Position numbers and translations under genes: made by a program. Shown in pieces: positions 28,563 through 39,123 of a stretch of 64,000 bases of DNA. The DNA is from an uncultured Bacteroidales bacterium (lineage in GTDB: Bacteria > Bacteroidota > Bacteroidia > Bacteroidales > FEN-979): contig CAIKNA010000208.1 of the NCBI GenBank assembly GCA_903828645.1, forward strand, positions 1,223-65,222, read 5' to 3'. The notes under the pieces are model-generated. The model made no database searches. It had not been told where the DNA came from and saw only the letters and a list, made by a program, of their open reading frames with translations. How positions within the stretch are numbered: the first letter of the stretch is position 1; each line of letters starts with the position of its first letter.

Positions 28563-30620
28563 TCAGGAATTGCCGAGCCAGCGCTTGCGGGCCCTCCTGG
28601 TAAAAGCAATGGCAAATCCCGTGATCATGATCACTGATCCAAGCCACAATACGTTGATATAGGGATTCATGATGGCTTTGATCACGATATAATCGGGTTC
28701 CTTCGACACATTGGCAATGTAGGTATAGTAGTCGCGTCCCGGGAAGTGCCGCGTGTCGGGATTGTAAACAGCTCCCATCTTGGGATGAACGTTTACCGAG
28801 GGATGCAGCGAAAATTCAAGATTGTATTTACCACGGCTCTTTGTCAGGAAATCGACCCGGTATACCGTTGTGTTTCCTTCCGGTTTGTTGCTTACATAGG
28901 AAACATAAAAGTCATTCATATGCAACGTATCGTTACGCATCAGCACAAGGTTTTCGGCATTTGTGCGGCTGTCGCCAAGATCAAATTTCGACGTGTTGGT
29001 TGAAATAACCTTTGAATTGGAGAAGGTAAGCACTGTGCCAAGCACAAAAACCACAAAACCGATATGGGTTGTAACCGCACCGATGTTCCTTGGTTTGGTG
29101 GCAAGGAACAGCATGTTGTAAAGCGATGACAACAGCGCAAAAAGGGTAAAAACAATCAGCAGGATGAAGTTCATCCCGGTCACGGCCCCGGTTAAAACCA
29201 GCGGGATACACAGGATGATTGATGCAGTGAGCGGGATGAATAACTTTTTTAAAAATTGCCCCGGATCATTTGAATTGTAGGTCAAAAACTGACTGAAAGC
29301 AATAAAAGCAGCAACCAGCAATGCATAGGGCATCTGCCAGTGGTTGTAAAATCCAACCCGGTCGACCGGGGGAGCGATGCTTGTGTGAAACAGGCTGTTG
29401 AAAACAGGGATCGATGTTGTGAAGACAATCTGGAAGGCCGCAAGCACCAGGATGATTGACCCGATAAACATCCAGAATTCACGCGACAACAGGACATCCT
29501 GTTTTGCGGTATGGAACTTCCGGAAATTGACACCGATCATCACCACCATCATCGCCAGGAATACAAGGAGGTAGACCAGGAGTTGCAGCGTCATGCCATT
29601 ATCGCCGAAAGAGTGGGCGGAGGTATCGGCCAGAACGCCGCTTCGCGTCAGGAAACTGGCATACAATACCAGCACGTATGAGAATGTTACCAGCACATAG
29701 GCTGCAAGCAATGCATAATTCTGCCTTCTTGCGATCAGCATGAAATGCAGCCCGGCTACCAGGGTCATCCAGGGAACCAGGGATGAGTTTTCAACCGGAT
29801 CCCACGACCAGAAACCACCGAAGGTGAGTGAAACATAGGCCCAGGCTCCCCCGAGCAATATCCCCGCTCCCAGCATCAGCAGGGCAAAAAGGGTCCAAGG
29901 CAGCGCCCGGCCGATCCAGGTGTGGTAATCTTTTTTTAAAAACGAGGCAATGGCATAACTGAACGGGACCAGCGACAGGGCGTAACCGAGAAATAAGATA
30001 GGCGGGTGGATGGTCATCCAGATATTTTCGAGCAATGGGTTTAACCCGTTCCCGTCGCCCAGCATGGTCACGTAGTTGGGCATGGCAAAAATGGTTCCGT
30101 CAATGTTATCAACGGTATGTCTGAGCAGGTTAAAAGGAGTTGTCCCGATCCTTATTCCGAAAAGAGTTACCCCCAGAAGCATGGAAGTGACAAAAACCTG
30201 GGAAAGTGAAAAAACAAGCATCACCGGGGATTCCCATTTGCGAGCAAGTCTAAGCAACACCAGCCCTATCAGTGCCTGCCATAACGCCCAAACCAGGAAA
30301 CTTCCCTCCTGACCTGCCCAGAAACAGGAGACGATATACTTGAGTGGCAACTCTTTGGAAGAATATTGCCAGACGTAGGAGTACTCAAAATAGTGGTTAA
30401 AAATGATGAAATAGAGCGCAACGGCAACTGCAACAATGGAAATTGCATGGGCGAGGTACACCCCCCGGGCGGCAGACAACCAAATTCGGCGGTTATCATT
30501 GCGGTAAAAAGCCAGTATGTAAAATAGCGTCGCCAGAATTGCGGTTCCAAATCCCAGCCAGACAAAAAATTTCCCGATCTCCCCCGGTAAAAGGTGCTCA
30601 CCAATATATGTAACGTTCAT
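28563..30620 (-). CDS. ccmF: Cytochrome c biogenesis heme lyase, CcmF/NrfE (CcsA-annotated) type
   Basis: FWAGQEGS, GLNPLL..WMTIHPP, WAY...GGFWSWDPVEN (WWD domain), FLTRSG...SAHSF. Start at ATG 30620. Confidence 0.88.
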   Translation of the reverse strand: MNVTYIGEHLLPGEIGKFFVWLGFGTAILATLFYILAFYRNDNRRIWLSAARGVYLAHAISIVAVAVALYFIIFNHYFEYSYVWQYSSKELPLKYIVSCFWAGQEGSFLVWALWQALIGLVLLRLARKWESPVMLVFSLSQVFVTSMLLGVTLFGIRIGTTPFNLLRHTVDNIDGTIFAMPNYVTMLGDGNGLNPLLENIWMTIHPPILFLGYALSLVPFSYAIASFLKKDYHTWIGRALPWTLFALLMLGAGILLGGAWAYVSLTFGGFWSWDPVENSSLVPWMTLVAGLHFMLIARRQNYALLAAYVLVTFSYVLVLYASFLTRSGVLADTSAHSFGDNGMTLQLLVYLLVFLAMMVVMIGVNFRKFHTAKQDVLLSREFWMFIGSIILVLAAFQIVFTTSIPVFNSLFHTSIAPPVDRVGFYNHWQMPYALLVAAFIAFSQFLTYNSNDPGQFLKKLFIPLTASIILCIPLVLTGAVTGMNFILLIVFTLFALLSSLYNMLFLATKPRNIGAVTTHIGFVVFVLGTVLTFSNSKVISTNTSKFDLGDSRTNAENLVLMRNDTLHMNDFYVSYVSNKPEGNTTVYRVDFLTKSRGKYNLEFSLHPSVNVHPKMGAVYNPDTRHFPGRDYYTYIANVSKEPDYIVIKAIMNPYINVLWLGSVIMITGFAIAFTRRARKRWLGNS

Positions 30621-30720
30621 GCAGCTCTTCAAATTTGTCGGCAAAATTAAGCTTTTCATCCATTTACAAACTGCATCATTCGTAATTTTGCCTAATTTTG
30701 CCTCTCCTAATTTCTTACGG

Positions 30721-32814
30721 ATGAAAAAAGTTCTGATCGGTCTGATGGCTTTGGTGGTCTTCCCACTGCTCTCGTTTTCACAAATCCTTGATCCGGTAAA
30801 ATGGACCTTCAGGACTGAGCAATCAAAACCTGATGAGGCGACCCTGGTACTGACTGCCCATGCCGACAAGAACTGGCATCTTTATTCACAGGATATCCCG
30901 GAAGGCGGTCCGATACCTACCACCTTTGTTTTTACCAAGAACCAGAACTACAAACTTGAGGGGAAGGTCCAGGAGGGCAAACCGATTGAGGAGAATGATC
31001 CCATGTTTAAAATGGTCCTCAAGTACTTTGCCGATAAGGCGGTTTTCAAACAGAAGATCAAGGTTTTAAGCCCCGGGGACTTTGTCATTAAGGGCTCCCT
31101 CAACTTCATGTGCTGCGATGATAAGCAATGTCTGCCTCCCGGTGATGTGGACTTTGAGTTTCACATCAGGGGGAACCCCGACGCCACCAAAGTTGCTGCC
31201 AAACCGGCCATAGATACCCTCGCCGCCACCCATCCCGACACAATGAAAAAGGCCGCTGCATTGACTGCCAGGGCCGATTCGGCAGCAAAAAAAAAGGAGC
31301 AGACCAGGCTTGGAGAGACCGCTGCCGACCAGGCAGCAAACCAGTCGCTCCTTTGGTTTTTCTTCATCTCTTTCCTGGCCGGATTGCTGGCCATCATCAC
31401 TCCCTGTGTTTTCCCGATGATCCCCATGACTGTTACATTTTTCATGCACGACACCACCAGCAGGAGGAAAGCGCGGCTTGAAGCAATTGTTTACGGTCTT
31501 TCGATCATCGTCATCTACATGGTCCTGGGCATTGTCGTCGCCGTGACCCTTGGTGCCAACTTTAATAATTTCATCAGCACACACTGGCTCCCGAATGTTT
31601 TTTTCTTTATTATTTTCATGGTTTTCGCCGCATCCTTCCTGGGGATGTTTGAAATCACCCTGCCGAGCTGGATCGTGAACAAAGCCGACAAACAGGCGGA
31701 TAAAGGCGGGTATGGTGGTGCCTTTTTCATGGCCTTTACGCTGGTGCTTGTTTCATTTTCCTGCACGGGCCCCATTGTGGGTGCCATCCTTGTAAAATCG
31801 GCCGGTGGCGCCCTGCTGATGCCAATCATCGGGATGCTTGGTTTTTCACTCGCATTTGCGCTGCCTTTCGGACTCTTTGCTTTTTTCCCCTCGTGGCTGC
31901 ACGGGCTCCCGAAGTCGGGCGGATGGCTGAATTCGGTGAAGGTGGTGCTGGGATTTCTTGAACTGGCGCTTGGATTGAAATTTCTCAGCATTGCTGACCA
32001 GACCTACCACTGGCATATTCTCGACCGGGAAGTTTACCTTGCATTCTGGATCGTCATCTTTTTCCTGATGGGATTGTACCTTCTGGGCAAACTCAAATTC
32101 AACCACGATTCCGACCTGCCTTACATCAGCGTGCCGCGAATCATCCTTTCCATCATCGTTTTCAGCTTCGTGGTTTACATGATCCCCGGCATGTGGGGCG
32201 CCCCTTTGAAAGCACTTTCAGGATACCTTCCTCCTGCTACTTACCAGGATTTCGATCTCAATGCCATTGTTCAAAAAGAGGTAAGGACCATCAACACCGG
32301 CGGAGGAGGGCCACAATCCGCCAGTGCACTTTGCGACAAACCCAAATATGGCGATTTCCTTAAACTCCCCCACGGCCTGGAAGGATATTTTGATTACCGG
32401 CAGGCACTTGCATGCGCTAAAAAACAGAACAAACCGGTTTTCATTGATTTTACCGGACACGGGTGCGTCAACTGCCGTGAAATGGAGGCCAATGTTTGGT
32501 CCGACCCCCAGGTGCTGAAGCGTCTGCGTGAAAATTTCATCGTGAGCGCCCTGTATGTCGATGATAAGACTGATCTTCCTGAAAACGAGTGGATCACTTC
32601 GAAGTATGACAGGAAAGTTAAAAAAACCATCGGCAAAATATTCGCCGATCTCCAGATCACCCGGTTTAATGTCAATTCACAGCCATATTATGTCCTGCTC
32701 GACACCAGCGGCAACCTGCTTACCTCCCCGCGGGCATACAACCTCGATGTTGATGCTTTCGTGAAATTCCTGGACACGGCTGTTGAGAAATTTAACAAAC
32801 AGCAGCACAAATAA
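30721..32814 (+). CDS. dsbD: Thiol:disulfide interchange protein DsbD
   Basis: N-domain CCDDKQCLPP, TM domain TPCVFPM and SCTGP, thioredoxin GCVNC. Start at ATG 30721. Confidence 0.92.
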   Translation: MKKVLIGLMALVVFPLLSFSQILDPVKWTFRTEQSKPDEATLVLTAHADKNWHLYSQDIPEGGPIPTTFVFTKNQNYKLEGKVQEGKPIEENDPMFKMVLKYFADKAVFKQKIKVLSPGDFVIKGSLNFMCCDDKQCLPPGDVDFEFHIRGNPDATKVAAKPAIDTLAATHPDTMKKAAALTARADSAAKKKEQTRLGETAADQAANQSLLWFFFISFLAGLLAIITPCVFPMIPMTVTFFMHDTTSRRKARLEAIVYGLSIIVIYMVLGIVVAVTLGANFNNFISTHWLPNVFFFIIFMVFAASFLGMFEITLPSWIVNKADKQADKGGYGGAFFMAFTLVLVSFSCTGPIVGAILVKSAGGALLMPIIGMLGFSLAFALPFGLFAFFPSWLHGLPKSGGWLNSVKVVLGFLELALGLKFLSIADQTYHWHILDREVYLAFWIVIFFLMGLYLLGKLKFNHDSDLPYISVPRIILSIIVFSFVVYMIPGMWGAPLKALSGYLPPATYQDFDLNAIVQKEVRTINTGGGGPQSASALCDKPKYGDFLKLPHGLEGYFDYRQALACAKKQNKPVFIDFTGHGCVNCREMEANVWSDPQVLKRLRENFIVSALYVDDKTDLPENEWITSKYDRKVKKTIGKIFADLQITRFNVNSQPYYVLLDTSGNLLTSPRAYNLDVDAFVKFLDTAVEKFNKQQHK

Positions 32815-32815
32815 T

Positions 32816-35611
32816 ATGGATAAATTCACCTATTTGAATCAACCAGACAACTCGGTTATTGACGGGCTTTATGAACAATACCAACACGATCCATTGTCGG
32901 TGGATGAGAGCTGGCGAAAATTCTTTGAAGGATTCGAATTCTGCCAGGCCAATTTCAAGACAGGCCAGGGCAATGCATATGTGGTTCCAAACGAATTCAA
33001 AGTAATAAACCTCATCAATGGATACCGTGCCAGGGGGCACCTGTTCACCAGGACAAACCCTGTAAGAACCCGCCGGAAATATCTCCCAACACTGGATATT
33101 GAGAATTTCGGGCTCTCCAGAGACGAAATGCAGAAGACCTTCCAGGCAGGGAAAGAACTGGGACTTGGAAATGCAAAACTCTCTGAGATCGTCGCCCACC
33201 TGCAGAAAACATATTGCCAGTCAATTGGCGTGGAGTATCACTATATACGCCGTCCGGAAGTGGTGGAATGGTTTAAGGAAAAGATGGAGCCCCGCCGGAA
33301 TACGCCCGATTTTTCAACCGTTGAAAAGAGTTCCATTTTGCGGAAACTGGCTGAAGGAGTGCTTTTTGAAAAATTCATTCACAAGAAATTTCCCGGCCAG
33401 AAGAGTTTCTCGCTGGAAGGGGTAGAATCGCTTATTCCCGCGTTGGATGCTGTGATACAAGAGGGCGCAGAGCTGGGCATTGATGAATTTGTCCTGGGCA
33501 TGGCTCATCGCGGCCGGTTAAACGTGCTCGGCAACATCATGCACAAACCCTTTACCCAGATTTTTTCCGAATTTGAAGGAAAAGAGTACGAAGACGACGA
33601 CCTGCTCGGGGATGTGAAATACCACCTTGGATTTTCAAACGACGTCATTACACATAAAGGGAAAAAAGTACATCTAACCCTGGCTCCCAATCCATCGCAC
33701 CTCGAAACAGTCGATGCCATCGTTGAAGGGATTTCCCGGGCCAAAATAGACCACTCCCATGCGGGGGGCAACGACAAGCTTGCCGCTATCCTCATCCACG
33801 GAGATGCCTCCATTTCAGGGCAGGGCATCATTTATGAACTGATCCAGATGGCCGACCTTGAGGGATACAAAACCGGCGGTACCATTCACCTGGTGGTGAA
33901 CAACCAGATCGGTTTCACTACCAACTACCTCGATGGCCGGTCGAGTGTTTATTGCACCGATGTGGCAAAGACCATTCAATCGCCGATTTTCCATGTGAAT
34001 GCCGATGATGTGGAAGCCGTTGTTTACACCGTGAAGCTTGCCATGGAATTTCGTGCACAATTTCACAAAGACATCTTCATCGACCTCCTCGGATACAGGA
34101 AATATGGCCATAACGAAAGTGACGAACCCCGTTTCACCCAGCCTATCCTTTATAAGATCATTGAACAGCACCCCGATCCGCTTGAGATTTACCTGGATAA
34201 ACTTGATGCGGAAAACACCCTTCCTTCCCTGGATGTTGCAAGTATAAAAGCTGATATTATTGCCACGCTAGAATATGGTTTCGACCAGGCCAAAACCATC
34301 ATCAAGGGCGACATCACTTCATTTCTCGGGAACCAATGGGATGGATTGCGAAAGGCCACACCAGCTGATTTTCAGGCATCTCCAATAACGGCAATTGCCG
34401 AATCGACACTGCTGGAAATCGGCCGGAAACTGACGGCATTGCCCGATGGTAAAACATTTTTCCGTAAGATCATCAAGATGCAGGACGACCGGAAAACCAT
34501 GCTCGAAACCGGCAAACTCGACTGGGCCATGGGGGAACTTATCGCTTTCGGATCCCTTTTAAATGAAGGGTACCCGGTGCGGCTGAGCGGCCAGGATTGC
34601 CAGCGTGGAACCTTCAGTCACCGCCATGCCGTGCTTACAGTCGAAGATTCTGAAGAAAAATTCATCCCGCTGGAGCACCTGTCGCCCGAACAGGGAAAAT
34701 TAAGCATTTACAATTCGTTGTTGTCTGAATATGGCGTACTTGGCTTTGAATACGGTTATGCCTTTGCCACACCGGGCGGGTTGACGATCTGGGAAGCCCA
34801 GTTTGGTGATTTCAACAATGGTGCGCAGATCGTCATCGACCAGTACATCAGCAGTGCGGAAGACAAATGGAAAGTGATGAACGGGGCGGTGCTGCTGTTG
34901 CCACATGGGTATGAAGGCCAGGGACCGGAACACTCTTCCGCAAGGATTGAACGGTTTCTTTCGTTATGCGGCCATCACAATATGCTGATCGTGAACTGCA
35001 CCACACCCGCCAATTTCTTTCATGTATTGCGCCGGCAACTTCACTGGCCATTCCGCAAGCCACTGGTGGTGTTTACCCCGAAGAGCCTGCTTCGCCATCC
35101 GCGTTGTATATCCTCCATCAGCGATTTCACCACCGGAAAATTCCGCGAAGTCATCGACGATGCATCGGCCGATCCTGCAAAGATCCGCAGGGTAGTGCTT
35201 TGCTCAGGCAAGGTTTATTACGACATCCTGGAGGAAAAAGAGAAGCTGCAGAAAGAGGATGCAGCCATCATCCGGCTCGAACAGCTTTATCCGCTTCCCC
35301 TCAAACAGCTTCAGACGGTATTTAAAAAGTATTCTCACGCCACCCATTTTGAATGGGTGCAGGAAGAGCCGGTAAACATGGGAGCCTGGAAGTTTATATC
35401 GCAAAACATGGTGTTTGAAGGTCATGCGGCCATGCCAACCCTCCATCACACCGCACGGCCTGCCAGTGGCAGCCCGGCGACCGGATCATCGCGCTTGCAT
35501 AAAATCCAGCAGAGGCTGATCGTTGAAAAGGCGCTGGGGAAATGCACCTGCGAGCATGCAAACGGCTCATGCAGGCTTCATTGTGCCGAACACGAGTTTC
35601 AGATTGTATAA
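32816..35611 (+). CDS. sucA: 2-oxoglutarate dehydrogenase E1
   Basis: GMAHRGRLN, GDVKYHLG, NPSHLE, HGDA, WEAQFGDF, LPHGYEGQGPEHSSAR. Confidence 0.96.
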   Translation: MDKFTYLNQPDNSVIDGLYEQYQHDPLSVDESWRKFFEGFEFCQANFKTGQGNAYVVPNEFKVINLINGYRARGHLFTRTNPVRTRRKYLPTLDIENFGLSRDEMQKTFQAGKELGLGNAKLSEIVAHLQKTYCQSIGVEYHYIRRPEVVEWFKEKMEPRRNTPDFSTVEKSSILRKLAEGVLFEKFIHKKFPGQKSFSLEGVESLIPALDAVIQEGAELGIDEFVLGMAHRGRLNVLGNIMHKPFTQIFSEFEGKEYEDDDLLGDVKYHLGFSNDVITHKGKKVHLTLAPNPSHLETVDAIVEGISRAKIDHSHAGGNDKLAAILIHGDASISGQGIIYELIQMADLEGYKTGGTIHLVVNNQIGFTTNYLDGRSSVYCTDVAKTIQSPIFHVNADDVEAVVYTVKLAMEFRAQFHKDIFIDLLGYRKYGHNESDEPRFTQPILYKIIEQHPDPLEIYLDKLDAENTLPSLDVASIKADIIATLEYGFDQAKTIIKGDITSFLGNQWDGLRKATPADFQASPITAIAESTLLEIGRKLTALPDGKTFFRKIIKMQDDRKTMLETGKLDWAMGELIAFGSLLNEGYPVRLSGQDCQRGTFSHRHAVLTVEDSEEKFIPLEHLSPEQGKLSIYNSLLSEYGVLGFEYGYAFATPGGLTIWEAQFGDFNNGAQIVIDQYISSAEDKWKVMNGAVLLLPHGYEGQGPEHSSARIERFLSLCGHHNMLIVNCTTPANFFHVLRRQLHWPFRKPLVVFTPKSLLRHPRCISSISDFTTGKFREVIDDASADPAKIRRVVLCSGKVYYDILEEKEKLQKEDAAIIRLEQLYPLPLKQLQTVFKKYSHATHFEWVQEEPVNMGAWKFISQNMVFEGHAAMPTLHHTARPASGSPATGSSRLHKIQQRLIVEKALGKCTCEHANGSCRLHCAEHEFQIV

Positions 35612-35670
35612 CCATGGGTTATTGACACATTCGTTGTAATTTTGCATTCATAAAATAATGAGTAAAATCC

Positions 35671-35705
35671 GTCACTTGTCATTTGTCACTTGTCACTTGT
35701 CATTT
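35671..35705 (+). repeat. Heptamer tandem repeat (GTCAYTT)x5
   Basis: gtcactt gtcattt gtcactt gtcactt gtcattt in the sucA-sucB spacer. Confidence 0.9.
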
Positions 35706-35764
35706 GCCAATGAAAGGATTACTCCTCCCTCACTCTTAACCATGTATCATAAAGCCCATAGTCT

Positions 35765-37003
35765 ATGTCAATTGAAATAAAAGTCCCCAGTCCCGGTGAA
35801 TCGATTACCCAGGTGCAACTGGCAAAATGGCTGGTAGCAGATGGCGATATCGTTGAGAAAGACCAGGAAGTTGTTGAAATCGATTCAGACAAGGCCTCAT
35901 TCCCTGTAACCACTCCCGAAGAGGGGGTGATCAGGATTATGGCCAAAGAAGGTGAGACCGTTGCGGTGGGAGCGGTTATTGCAGTTGTTGAGACCGTGGA
36001 CGGAGTTGCACAAAAATCCAAAATCAGAAATCTGAAATCCGAAATCCCCGAACCTGCACCCCCTCCGGTCAAAAGTTCACCACTCCATACACCTGCCAGT
36101 CAACCTGTTGACCTGCACGCATCTCCCCTTGCCCGTAAAATGATTGAGGAAAAACAGGTAAGCACCATTGACCTGGCAAATGCCTTCCCCGGGAAAAAGA
36201 TCACCCGCAAGGATATTGAGACCTTCATCCACCGCAAAACTGAGGCGCCCGGAACCCTGAGATTCACCGGAACGAGGGACGAAGAGCGGAAAAAACTGAC
36301 CACACTGCGTTTGAAGCTGGGTGAACGGCTGGTTTCGGTTAAGAATCAAACAGCCATGCTGACCACCTTTAACGAGATCAACATGCAGGCAGCACTGAAG
36401 GTCAGGGAAAAATACGGTGAATCATTTAAAGAACGCTTTGGGGTCGGGCTTGGACTCATGTCAATATTCACGAAAGCGGTAACCATTGCCCTCAGGGAAT
36501 TCCCGCAGGTCAACTCGATGCTGGACGGAGATGAGCTGGTTACCCCCAGGTATGTTGACATCGGCATTGCGGTAAGTGCCCCGAAGGGCCTTGTGGTGCC
36601 GGTTTTGCGCAACGCGGAGTTGATGAGCATCGCCGGAATAGAGTTGAAGATCAAAGAACTCGCAGGGAAAGCCCGGGACAACAAGATTTCCATCGACGAT
36701 ATGAAGGGTGGCACCTTTACCATCACCAACGGTGGCGTATTCGGCTCCATGATGTCAACACCCATACTCAACCCGCCGCAAAGTGCCATTCTTGGGATGC
36801 ATAAGATCCAGGACCGGCCCATTGCGGTAAACGGACAGGTGGTCATTGCGCCGATGATGTATGTCGCATTGTCATACGATCACCGTGTGATCGATGGCCG
36901 TGAATCGGTCACCTTCCTCGTCAAGGTTAAAGAGTTGGTTGAAGACCCGGCCAAAATGCTGACAGAAGGGTTGGACCCCATTAAATTGCTCCTGGACCTG
37001 TAA
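35765..37003 (+). CDS. sucB: Dihydrolipoamide succinyltransferase (2-OGDH E2)
   Basis: Lipoyl motif DSDKA, E3-binding [33 protein letters not shown]. Confidence 0.96.
   Translation: MSIEIKVPSPGESITQVQLAKWLVADGDIVEKDQEVVEIDSDKASFPVTTPEEGVIRIMAKEGETVAVGAVIAVVETVDGVAQKSKIRNLKSEIPEPAPPPVKSSPLHTPASQPVDLHASPLARKMIEEKQVSTIDLANAFPGKKITRKDIETFIHRKTEAPGTLRFTGTRDEERKKLTTLRLKLGERLVSVKNQTAMLTTFNEINMQAALKVREKYGESFKERFGVGLGLMSIFTKAVTIALREFPQVNSMLDGDELVTPRYVDIGIAVSAPKGLVVPVLRNAELMSIAGIELKIKELAGKARDNKISIDDMKGGTFTITNGGVFGSMMSTPILNPPQSAILGMHKIQDRPIAVNGQVVIAPMMYVALSYDHRVIDGRESVTFLVKVKELVEDPAKMLTEGLDPIKLLLDL
36013..36047 (+). repeat. Heptamer tandem repeat (RAAATCN)x5 inside the sucB linker
   Basis: aaaatcc aaaatca gaaatct gaaatcc gaaatcc, translated as [12 protein letters not shown]. 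Confidence 0.8.
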
Positions 37004-37012
37004 ACTGACAAC

Positions 37013-38584
37013 ATGAGAAAAATCGTTGATTTCCTGGTCATCGGGTCGGGTATTGCCGGCCTTACTTTCGCAATCAAGGTTGCGAAACATGGAAAGGTAT
37101 GCATCGTGACCAAGTCGAAGATGGATGATACCGCTACCAGTTGGGCCCAGGGAGGCATCGCGGCTGTGATGTATACCCCGGATTCGTTCGAAAAACACAT
37201 CCAGGATACCATCATTGCCGGTGACGGCCTGTGCAATGAAGAAGTAGTGAGGTTTACCATCAACGAATCGACCGAGCGCATCAGGGAACTGGTGAAATGG
37301 GGTACAAAATTCGATAAAACCGTCACGGGTCGCTATGACCTCGCCAAAGAGGGCGGACATTCTGAATACCGGGTGCTCCATCACAAAGACAGCACCGGGA
37401 GGGAAATAGAAAACAAGTTGCTCGAACAGGTAAAGAAGCACCCGAACATCGAGATCCTTGAAAATCATTTCACAATCGACATCATAACCCAGCACCACCT
37501 GGGAGTCGAAGTCAACAGCCGCACGGAAGGGATCACCTGTTTTGGAGCCTTCGTCATGAATCCGAGGACACGCCTCGTAGATACCATTTTGTCGAAAATA
37601 ACGCTCATCGCCACCGGAGGTGCCGGGAACGTGTACAATAACACCACAAACCCGCTCATTTCAACCGGCGATGGCATTGCAATGGTATACCGTGCCAAAG
37701 GTTTCGTTGAAAACATGGAATTTATCCAGTTTCACCCAACTGCGCTCTACCATCCCGAAGAAAAACCGGCCTTCCTGATTACCGAAGCGATGCGCGGCTT
37801 TGGAGCAGTGCTCAGGACCCGCGACGGGAAGGAGTTCATGCACAAATATGATTCAAGGCTTTCGCTTGCCCCCCGCGACATTGTGGCCCGGGCCATCGAC
37901 AATGAATTGAAATTAAGCGGCGAGGACTACCTCTACCTCGATTGCCGCCACCTGTCTAAAAACGAACTGATCAACCATTTCCCGACCATTTACGCCAAAT
38001 GCCTCTCCATCGGTATCGATATCAGCAAGGATATGATCCCGGTGGTTCCTGCGGCCCATTACACCTGCGGCGGCATCAAAGTCGACGAGTTCGGTCGCAG
38101 CTCCATTGTGAACCTGTTTGCCTCAGGGGAATGCTCATCAACAGGACTTCATGGCGCCAACAGGCTGGCATCCAACTCACTGCTTGAATCTCTTGTATTC
38201 TCTCACAGGGCCAGTGCCGAAGCCGTCCGCCAGTTTAGGAACATCGGCTTCTGCCACGAGATTCCCGACTGGAATGCAGAGGGAATGGTGCTCAATGAAG
38301 AGATGGTGCTCATCACCCAATCACTGAAGGAACTCCAGTCGATCATGAGCAGTTACGTGGGCATTGTGCGTTCAAACCTCCGCCTGCAAAGGGCCTTCGA
38401 CCGGCTTGAACTGCTCTACCGCGAGTCGGAAGAGCTCTACAGCAAGTCGATCCTGACTCCAAAATTGTGTGAATTGCGCAACCTCATCAACATCGGCTAC
38501 CTGATCATCAAGGAGGCCCGCAACCGTCACGAAAGCAGGGGGTTGCATTATTCGCTTGATTACCCGAGAACAAGCCCCAGGTAA
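37013..38584 (+). CDS. nadB: L-aspartate oxidase
   Basis: IGSGIAGL, WAQGGIA, EGGHS..RVLH, QFHPT, LAPRDIVARAI, HGANRLASNSLLE, ESRGLHY. Confidence 0.95.
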   Translation: MRKIVDFLVIGSGIAGLTFAIKVAKHGKVCIVTKSKMDDTATSWAQGGIAAVMYTPDSFEKHIQDTIIAGDGLCNEEVVRFTINESTERIRELVKWGTKFDKTVTGRYDLAKEGGHSEYRVLHHKDSTGREIENKLLEQVKKHPNIEILENHFTIDIITQHHLGVEVNSRTEGITCFGAFVMNPRTRLVDTILSKITLIATGGAGNVYNNTTNPLISTGDGIAMVYRAKGFVENMEFIQFHPTALYHPEEKPAFLITEAMRGFGAVLRTRDGKEFMHKYDSRLSLAPRDIVARAIDNELKLSGEDYLYLDCRHLSKNELINHFPTIYAKCLSIGIDISKDMIPVVPAAHYTCGGIKVDEFGRSSIVNLFASGECSSTGLHGANRLASNSLLESLVFSHRASAEAVRQFRNIGFCHEIPDWNAEGMVLNEEMVLITQSLKELQSIMSSYVGIVRSNLRLQRAFDRLELLYRESEELYSKSILTPKLCELRNLINIGYLIIKEARNRHESRGLHYSLDYPRTSPR

Positions 38585-38597
38585 CATAAAATTCAGC

Positions 38598-39122
38598 ATG
38601 GCACTCATCAAATCAGTAAAAGGCATCCTGCCGAAAATGGGCAAAAACTGTTTCCTGGCCGACAATGCGACCCTTACCGGTGATGTGGTGATGGGCGATG
38701 ACTGCAGCGTATGGTTCAATGCCGTGGTACGCGGTGACGTTCACTCCATCCGCATTGGAAACAATGTGAACGTCCAGGACGGGGCCATCATCCACTGCAC
38801 CTACCAGAAAGCCCCGGTGAATATCGGGAACAACGTATCCATCGCGCACAACGCGATCATACATGGCTGTACGATCCACGACAATGTACTGATCGGCATG
38901 GGCGCCATCGTAATGGACGGCGCCGTGATCCACAGCAACTCCATCGTCGGAGCCGGGGCCCTGATCACGGGAGGAACCATTGTTGAATCAGGTTCGGTAT
39001 GGGCTGGCCTCCCTGCACGCAAGGTCAAGGATATTGATCAAACGTTGCTGGAAGGCCAGGTGAACCGAATCTCGCGGAATTACAACATGTACGCGGGATG
39101 GTACGATAAGGATGAAACCTGA
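38598..39122 (+). CDS. Gamma-carbonic anhydrase family (YrdA/PaaY-like) hexapeptide-repeat protein
   Basis: SVWFNAVVRGD, NVQDGAIIH, IAHNAIIHGC; start at ATG 38598. Confidence 0.9.
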   Translation: MALIKSVKGILPKMGKNCFLADNATLTGDVVMGDDCSVWFNAVVRGDVHSIRIGNNVNVQDGAIIHCTYQKAPVNIGNNVSIAHNAIIHGCTIHDNVLIGMGAIVMDGAVIHSNSIVGAGALITGGTIVESGSVWAGLPARKVKDIDQTLLEGQVNRISRNYNMYAGWYDKDET

Positions 39123-39123
39123 A

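Noticed and set aside
30619-30869. Apparent 250-bp head-to-head overlap of ccmF and dsbD in the ORF track
   Set aside because: Artefact of longest-ORF starts. Starts at 30620 (-) and 30721 (+) leave a normal divergent promoter region with TAATTTTG boxes.
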